Below, in pieces: positions 58,291 to 64,000 of a stretch of 64,000 nucleotides of DNA. How positions within the stretch are numbered: position 1 is the stretch's first letter; the number at the start of each line of letters is the position of its first letter. The stretch is from positions 640,001 through 704,000 of the forward strand of contig CAWHHI010000004.1 in assembly GCA_963829055.1 (NCBI GenBank). The letters are read 5' to 3'. The translations under genes and the position numbers were made by a program. The DNA is from an uncultured Gemmatimonadaceae bacterium (GTDB lineage Bacteria > Gemmatimonadota > Gemmatimonadetes > Gemmatimonadales > Gemmatimonadaceae). The notes below the pieces were generated by a model. That model saw nothing but the letters and a program-made list of their open reading frames with translations. It was not told where the DNA came from and ran no database searches.

Positions 58291-58930
58291 CGTTCGGCAA
58301 GCGCCGGCGTCCGGGGCATATGTGTGCCGTCCTGTTCGCTGGCGATGTTCACCGTGCCCCCACCACTCAGTTTCGCGGCGTAGAGCGCCGCATCAGCGCG
58401 CTGCAACCACGAGATCGCGGAGCCGCCACGCGCGAGCTCGGCGACGCCAACGGACAGGTTCAGGGAGAGCGTTGCCGCGCGTTCTGGAAGGCGCGCCTCG
58501 CGCACGACGCGACCCGGTCTCCAAGCGTCGCTGCCTTGACGCTCGGCGTTTCCGTCAGCAGCACCGCGAACTCGTCGCCGCCGTAGCGACACACCAGATC
58601 ACCGCGACGCAGGAAGACGCGAGCGAGGCAGTCGCCGACCGTCCGCAGCGCGGCGTCGCCGATGTCGTGGCCGAACGTGTCATTGGCGACCTTGAACTTG
58701 TCCATGTCGAGCATGGTCACGTGCCGCATCCAGTCCCTGACTTTCGCCTTCGACGCTTCGGCATCCAGCGTCTCAGTATCGAGTGCAAACCGCGCGCACG
58801 TCTGCAGCACGTTGCCCAAGGCGTCGAGGACGATGGACGCGTCACTGGATGCAGGCGTCGACGGTGGGGGCGCGTGCGCAACTATCGACGCGCGGGCTAC
58901 GGGCTTGGCTGGCTTGCCTGTGAAAAACAT
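58287..58930 (-). CDS. Diguanylate cyclase (GGDEF), frameshifted, possibly internally deleted
   Basis: [24 protein letters not shown]-site, [23 protein letters not shown]. Confidence 0.8.
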
Positions 58931-58997
58931 AGCCGAGGTGATGGGTTGACCCTCAGTGTCGACACAGCCCTCGCGAAACTAGAGGATTCCAATCGAC

Positions 58998-59816
58998 TCA
59001 AACTTTGGTCACAAGCCACAGCGAGCTCGCGAGCCCGATCACAATGATCGCCTGACGAATGCGCTCTTGAGAGACGCGTTGCGCGACACGTGATCCACCA
59101 TAGCCGCCTGCTGTGGCGCCGATGGCCATCGCGCCGGCGACAGGCCAGCTGACAAGCCCGCTGAACGCGAACGTTCCGGCAGCCATCGCGTTCGCGCACA
59201 GCCCACCCCAGTTCTTGAGCCCATTCATGCGGTGGATGTTCCGAAAACCCATGAACCCCAGGGCCGCGAGCATCAGGATGCCGATGCCGGCGCCGAAGTA
59301 TCCGCCGTAGACGGCCACACCGAACTGATAGGCCAGCACTTTCGCGTCGGGTCGCACGGCTCGATCGGCCTCGTGGTCGTCCGCAATTGCGGACCGTGCT
59401 GGAGTCTCGCTGCGACGCACCAGGCGATCCGCCAACGGCTTCTGAACCATGAACAGCACCGTGGCGCCGAGGACAAGCCACGGGACGATCGCATCGAAGC
59501 GAGCGGGTGGGGTGTGGATCAGCAGGACCGCACCGAGCAATCCACCGAGCAGGCTTGGGATCGCGAATCGCGTGACCCACGATCGCATCCCGACGAGGAG
59601 GTCACGGTATCCCCACATGCTGGCAACCGCGCCAGGCCAGAGCGCAACGGTACTGGTCGCGTTCGCGATGACGGCCGGGATCCCCAGACCGATCAGCGCC
59701 GGGAACGTCAGGAGCGTGCCCCCGCCAGCGATGGAATTGACCGCTCCACCAACGACCGAGGCGACAAGGATGAGCGCGAGTCGCAGTGGGTCGATGTGCA
59801 CAGAAGCGGGCGCCAT
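58998..59816 (-). CDS. Sulfite exporter TauE/SafE family protein
   Basis: NSIAGGGTLLTFPAL, ANATST, YGGYFGAGIG. Confidence 0.92.
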   Translation of the reverse strand: MAPASVHIDPLRLALILVASVVGGAVNSIAGGGTLLTFPALIGLGIPAVIANATSTVALWPGAVASMWGYRDLLVGMRSWVTRFAIPSLLGGLLGAVLLIHTPPARFDAIVPWLVLGATVLFMVQKPLADRLVRRSETPARSAIADDHEADRAVRPDAKVLAYQFGVAVYGGYFGAGIGILMLAALGFMGFRNIHRMNGLKNWGGLCANAMAAGTFAFSGLVSWPVAGAMAIGATAGGYGGSRVAQRVSQERIRQAIIVIGLASSLWLVTKV

Positions 59817-59977
59817 GGCGGCGGAAGAAAGCGACGCGAGCCAGGCGCGGCAATCCCTGATCCGCGTGGGTCAACTCACGTCGCGAGTTGCAGATCGGTA
59901 ATGCCGTTCCGGGAAGCGGCTCGCTACTTTTCAGCGCACGTGAACCGAGCCTCGAGATCGATCAGGGAGAACGCGGC

Positions 59978-61321
59978 ATGACGAAGACGGATACGGTTGG
60001 TGCTCCTGCGGCTACCGACGCGCTGGAGATTCGCGATACGCGAACGGGGAAGTCATACACGGCACCGATTGCCGACGGCGCGATTCGCGCCAATGACCTC
60101 CGACAGATCAAAGTCGATGCCGATGACTTCGGCCTGATGAGCTACGACCCGGCGTTCATGAACACGGCGTCGTGTCGGAGCGCCATCACGTTCATCGACG
60201 GCGACAAGGGTATCCTCCGCTATCGAGGCTACCCAATTGAGCAGCTAGCCGAGAAGGCCAGCTATCTCGAGGTCGCGTGGCTGCTCCGGAATGGCGAGTT
60301 GCCTAACCAGGAGCAGTACGACCAGTGGGTGCACGACATCACGTTCCACACGTATGTCCACGAGAACATCAAGCGCTTTCTCGAGGGGTTCCGCTACGAC
60401 GCGCACCCGATGTCGATGTTGTGCAGCAGCATCGCGGCGCTCTCGTCGTTCTATCCGGAAGCGAAGAACATCTTCGACCCCGATCAGCGCTACATCTCGA
60501 TCATTCGTCTGCTCGCAAAGCTCCCGACGTTGGCGGCGTTCATCTACCGACACAACAAGGGGCTGCCGTTCATCTATCCGGACAACGATCTCTCGTACTC
60601 GGAGAACTTCCTCTCCATGATCGCTCGCATGAGCGAACCGAAGTACGAAGCGAGTCCGGTGTTCGCGAAGGCGATCGAGATCCTGTTCATCCTGCACGCC
60701 GATCACGAGCAGAATTGCTCGACGAATGCCGTGCGTGCCGTCGGTTCGTCGCATGTCGATCCGTTCTCGGCGGTCGCGGCGGGTGTTGCGGCGCTGTATG
60801 GACCGCTGCATGGCGGCGCGAACGAAGCGGTGCTGCGAATGATTCAGGAGATCGGCTCGGTCAAGAACGTGCCGGCGTTCATAGACGAGGTGAAGGGAGG
60901 GAAGGGCGGCCGGTTGATGGGCTTCGGCCACCGGGTGTACAAGAGCTATGACCCGCGCGCCAAGATCGTGAAGCAACTCGCGAACGAGGTGTTCGAGTCG
61001 GTCGGGATGGATCGCGACCTCGAGATCGCGCTCGAGCTCGAGCGGATCGCGCTGAGCGACGACTACTTCGTGTCGCGCAAGCTCTACCCGAACGTCGACT
61101 TCTACACTGGGCTCATCTACCGGGCCATGAAGTTTCCCACTGACTTCTTCACCGTGCTGTTCGCGGTGGCACGAACGTCGGGCTGGCTCGCGCAGTGGGA
61201 AGAGATGCTGCTCGACAAGGAGCAGAAGATCGCCCGCCCGCGTCAGATCTACACGGGCTACGACGAGCGCGAGTATCGGCCGTCGGTGGACTTCCGCAAG
61301 AAATCCGGAAAGCGTGCGTGA
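59978..61321 (+). CDS. gltA: Citrate synthase
   Basis: YDPAFMNTASC, LRYRGYPIEQL, HADHEQNCST, GPLHGGANE, MGFGHRVYK, YPNVDFY. Confidence 0.97.
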   Translation: MTKTDTVGAPAATDALEIRDTRTGKSYTAPIADGAIRANDLRQIKVDADDFGLMSYDPAFMNTASCRSAITFIDGDKGILRYRGYPIEQLAEKASYLEVAWLLRNGELPNQEQYDQWVHDITFHTYVHENIKRFLEGFRYDAHPMSMLCSSIAALSSFYPEAKNIFDPDQRYISIIRLLAKLPTLAAFIYRHNKGLPFIYPDNDLSYSENFLSMIARMSEPKYEASPVFAKAIEILFILHADHEQNCSTNAVRAVGSSHVDPFSAVAAGVAALYGPLHGGANEAVLRMIQEIGSVKNVPAFIDEVKGGKGGRLMGFGHRVYKSYDPRAKIVKQLANEVFESVGMDRDLEIALELERIALSDDYFVSRKLYPNVDFYTGLIYRAMKFPTDFFTVLFAVARTSGWLAQWEEMLLDKEQKIARPRQIYTGYDEREYRPSVDFRKKSGKRA

Positions 61322-61956
61322 GCGGGGCTGCTACGTCGGAGTGGGCCGACTTCATCCTCGATGAGTTCAGTTTTTCCGCGTTCCCGCCCGGCTCGCGCGT
61401 GCTCGACGTGGGGTGTGGCAGTGGCGATCAACTCAGGATGCTCCGAGAGGCGGGGCTCGACGCAATAGGCGTCGAGCCCCGTCGCGAGTTGGTCGACTCG
61501 CTCGTCGCCGAGGGATACGACGTTAGGCAGGGCGTAGCCGAGCAGTTGCCATTCGACGACGCGTCCTGCGACGGGCTCATATGCAAGGTGGTCGTGCCGT
61601 ACACGGACGAGCGCAAAGCTGTCGCCGAATGGGCGAGAGTGCTCCGTCCGGGGTCAGTCGCCCGCGTCAGCTATCACGGCGCTGGATACTACGTTCGTTA
61701 TGTGGTCGACGGGCCGGGCGCCTTGCTTCGCATCTACGGCCTGCGCGCGCTCGTGAACACCTGGTGGTATGCCACCACGGAGCAGCGGTTGCCGGGATTC
61801 ATCGGCGATACCCTCTACCAATCGACGAAGCGGCTCTCAAGGTACTATCGCGAGTTCGGCCTCGCGCTCGAACGGGCAGCGCCGGCGCCGCTCTACCGAG
61901 GCAAGCCGGTGTTCATCTACCACGAGCTTCGGCGATTGCCGACACCCGCGCGTTAG
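61318..61956 (+). CDS. Class I SAM methyltransferase
   Basis: VLDVGCGSG, AEQLPFDDAS, EWARVLRPG. Confidence 0.85.
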   Translation: MSGAATSEWADFILDEFSFSAFPPGSRVLDVGCGSGDQLRMLREAGLDAIGVEPRRELVDSLVAEGYDVRQGVAEQLPFDDASCDGLICKVVVPYTDERKAVAEWARVLRPGSVARVSYHGAGYYVRYVVDGPGALLRIYGLRALVNTWWYATTEQRLPGFIGDTLYQSTKRLSRYYREFGLALERAAPAPLYRGKPVFIYHELRRLPTPAR

Positions 61957-62713
61957 TTGCCGTCTCACGTTCTGCGTGGGGCTCGTCGGCAGCACGGGTC
62001 GCGCAAAGCCGCGCCACCGGACAGCGGTCGCAGTGCCTAACGCGCGCTGTACAGATGAGCGCGCCGAGCTCCATCAGTGCCTGGTTGTGCACCCATGCGG
62101 TGCGACCAGTTCGCGGCAGCAGCTGTGCGGCGATGGTCCATCCAGCGCGCTGGCCAAGCGTCGATTTCGGATCGATTTCGGGCAGGAACGCGCGATGCAG
62201 CACCCGCGCGACGTTCGTGTCGACCAGCGGGGCGCGTCGCTCGTACGCGAACGAGGCCACTGCACCAGCGGTGTAAGCGCCAATACCTGGAAGCTCTCGT
62301 AGCGCGGTGGGGTCGGCGGGTATGGGAGTGCCGTCTCGCGTGACACGCCGCGCGAGTGCGTGGAGGTTGCGCGCACGGGCGTAGTAGCCGAGACCCTCCC
62401 ACGAGGCCACGACGTGCCGCTGCGGCGCTTCGGCGACGTGCTGCAGCGTGGGGAAGCGGGTGAGGAATCGTTCGTAGTAGTCGATGACCCGAGAGACCTG
62501 CGTCTGCTGCAGCATGAGCTCAGAGACCAGAACGCGATACGGATCGCGTGTGCGGCGCCACGGAAGGTCTCGTCCGTGCTTTCGAAACCACGTGCGAAGT
62601 CGCCGTGAAAACTCACGAAGTCGGGCCGGGTCGAGCTCGGGCTCCACGGGTGAGTGCTGCTTGGCGCGTGAACGCGGTTGTCGTGAAACGCGTTCGCTCA
62701 CCGCGGGACCCAC
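61913..62713 (-). CDS. mutY: A/G-specific adenine glycosylase, short form
   Basis: RDLPWR, VSELMLQQTQV, WEGLGYYARARNL, LPGIGAYTA, VDTNVARV, 4Fe-4S Cys motif. Confidence 0.9.
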   Translation of the reverse strand: MGPAVSERVSRQPRSRAKQHSPVEPELDPARLREFSRRLRTWFRKHGRDLPWRRTRDPYRVLVSELMLQQTQVSRVIDYYERFLTRFPTLQHVAEAPQRHVVASWEGLGYYARARNLHALARRVTRDGTPIPADPTALRELPGIGAYTAGAVASFAYERRAPLVDTNVARVLHRAFLPEIDPKSTLGQRAGWTIAAQLLPRTGRTAWVHNQALMELGALICTARVRHCDRCPVARLCATRAADEPHAERETATNARVSAIAEARGR

Positions 62714-63336
62714 ACGGGCGAAGCGGAGAAGAGACCGTTACCGGCAAGTTGTACGGCGATCAAGGTCCCCGCGATCACGCTTGCCGCGCCGGATGCCAGC
62801 ACGAGGTATCGCCGCAGTGCGGTGACACGGGTCGCGGCGTAGGCCGCCGGCACCGCGATAGCCGTCGTCACGGCAATCATGCCGACGATCGTTCCGAGTC
62901 CGAACAGCATCAGATAGCCGATCGCCCAGGCAGTGTCGCGAACGGCGGCGAGTACAAGCAGCGCCACGGCAGCCGATCCTGCGAGGCCATGTACCATCCC
63001 CACCACGACCGGGCGCGCCGAGTTCCTTGGCGGCGTCACCTCGGCGCGCGAGAGCAGATTCGCCAGTCCGAGCACGATCAGTACGATGCCGACGGCAAAC
63101 TCGAACGCGAGGCCGAGCCGCGGCGGAATGGCGATGCGGAACACGATGATCGCGCCGCCGACGAGCAGAATGGTGAACGTGTGCCCGACGCCCCACATCG
63201 CGCCGATCATGCCGGCGTTCCGAACCGACCGTTGGCCGGTGGCGATCGCGGTCACGGCGACGACGTGGTCAGGGTCGACCGCGTGTCGAATACCGAGCAG
63301 GAGACCGAACAGGCTGAGCCCGAGGGCGGAGAGCAT
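62698..63336 (-). CDS. High-affinity nickel/cobalt transporter (NiCoT/UreH-like)
   Basis: RHAVDPDHVVAV, WGVGHT, GMVHGLAGSA. Confidence 0.88.
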   Translation of the reverse strand: MLSALGLSLFGLLLGIRHAVDPDHVVAVTAIATGQRSVRNAGMIGAMWGVGHTFTILLVGGAIIVFRIAIPPRLGLAFEFAVGIVLIVLGLANLLSRAEVTPPRNSARPVVVGMVHGLAGSAAVALLVLAAVRDTAWAIGYLMLFGLGTIVGMIAVTTAIAVPAAYAATRVTALRRYLVLASGAASVIAGTLIAVQLAGNGLFSASPVWVPR

Positions 63337-63404
63337 CGCACAATATACAGCGGACGCTTCTCGCCTCGGGCGGCCCTTCTCGCACGACGATTCGTTGCCG
63401 CTGG

Positions 63405-64000
63405 TCAATACTGCGGAATGTCGGGGTCGACCTCGCGCGCCCATTGCAGAATACCGCCGCTCACGCTCCATACCTGATGGAATCCAGCCTCCTGGAGATC
63501 GCGGACGGCGAGTGCGCTTCGTGTGCCGCCCTTGCAGTAGACGGCAACGGGGGCGTTGGCGTCGATGGTCGCGATCGCCGACTGAATACGATGGAGCGGG
63601 ATGAGTCGCGCGCCGTCGATGTGGCCGATCTCCCATTCGTGTGGCTCGCGGACGTCGAGGAGCTGAATCGCCTCGCCAGCCGCGCGTCGAATGGCGAGCT
63701 CGCGCGGCTCGATCTGTGGCACGGCGTCGAGGCCGGCGCCAATGCCGCCACTCGCGGCACAGAACTGGTCGTAGTCGATCAGCTCCTTGATCTCGCCGGT
63801 GGCGCATGCCGGGCACGTCGGATTGCGGCGCACTGTCACCGAGCGGAACTGCGCATCGAGCGCGTTCACGAGCAGCAAACGACCGACGAGCGGCGTGCCG
63901 ATACCGAGAATGAGCTTGATGGCTTCGGTGGCTTGAACGGTGCCGACGAGCCCCGGCAAGACGCCGAGCACTCCGCCCTCCGCGCAACTCGGGACGAGGC
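63405..64000 (-). CDS. moeB: MoeB/ThiF adenylyltransferase with C-terminal rhodanese (partial)
   Basis: PSCAEGGVLGVLPGLVGTVQATEAIK, CPAC, LDVREPHEW, YCKGGTRS. Confidence 0.92.
   Translation of the reverse strand, partial: LVPSCAEGGVLGVLPGLVGTVQATEAIKLILGIGTPLVGRLLLVNALDAQFRSVTVRRNPTCPACATGEIKELIDYDQFCAASGGIGAGLDAVPQIEPRELAIRRAAGEAIQLLDVREPHEWEIGHIDGARLIPLHRIQSAIATIDANAPVAVYCKGGTRSALAVRDLQEAGFHQVWSVSGGILQWAREVDPDIPQY

Overview
GC-rich bacterial DNA. Gene style suggests Gemmatimonadota, but this is an unverified inference. Apparent frameshifts are frequent, densest at about 10.7-34 kb, and look like long-read errors, so many gene boundaries are approximate. Positions 1 to about 56.9 kb are one large Wzx/Wzy-type surface-polysaccharide locus: AsnB amidotransferase, heparinase II/III-like protein, about 12 GT2/GT4/GT10 glycosyltransferases, O-antigen ligase/polymerase, deacetylase, methyltransferases, flippase, GDP-mannose 3,5-epimerase-like enzyme, rfbF/rfbG-like/rfbH genes, priming transferase, Wza-like protein, Wzc, and a sigma54 activator with a kinase. 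Embedded in it are (i) a lasso-peptide module (nucleotidyltransferase, cyclase, 39-aa precursor, HPr-kinase-like gene, ABC-2 exporter) with no visible RRE or peptidase, and (ii) three tandem paralogous Cys-containing lipoproteins, two of which share a conserved 5' leader. Housekeeping genes follow (gltA, mutY, moeB, nickel transporter, TauE). The strongest signal not explained by genes is the non-palindromic octamer CGTTAGGC/GCCTAACG: 36 perfect copies counted by eye on both strands, mostly inside genes, against about 2-3 expected from base composition.
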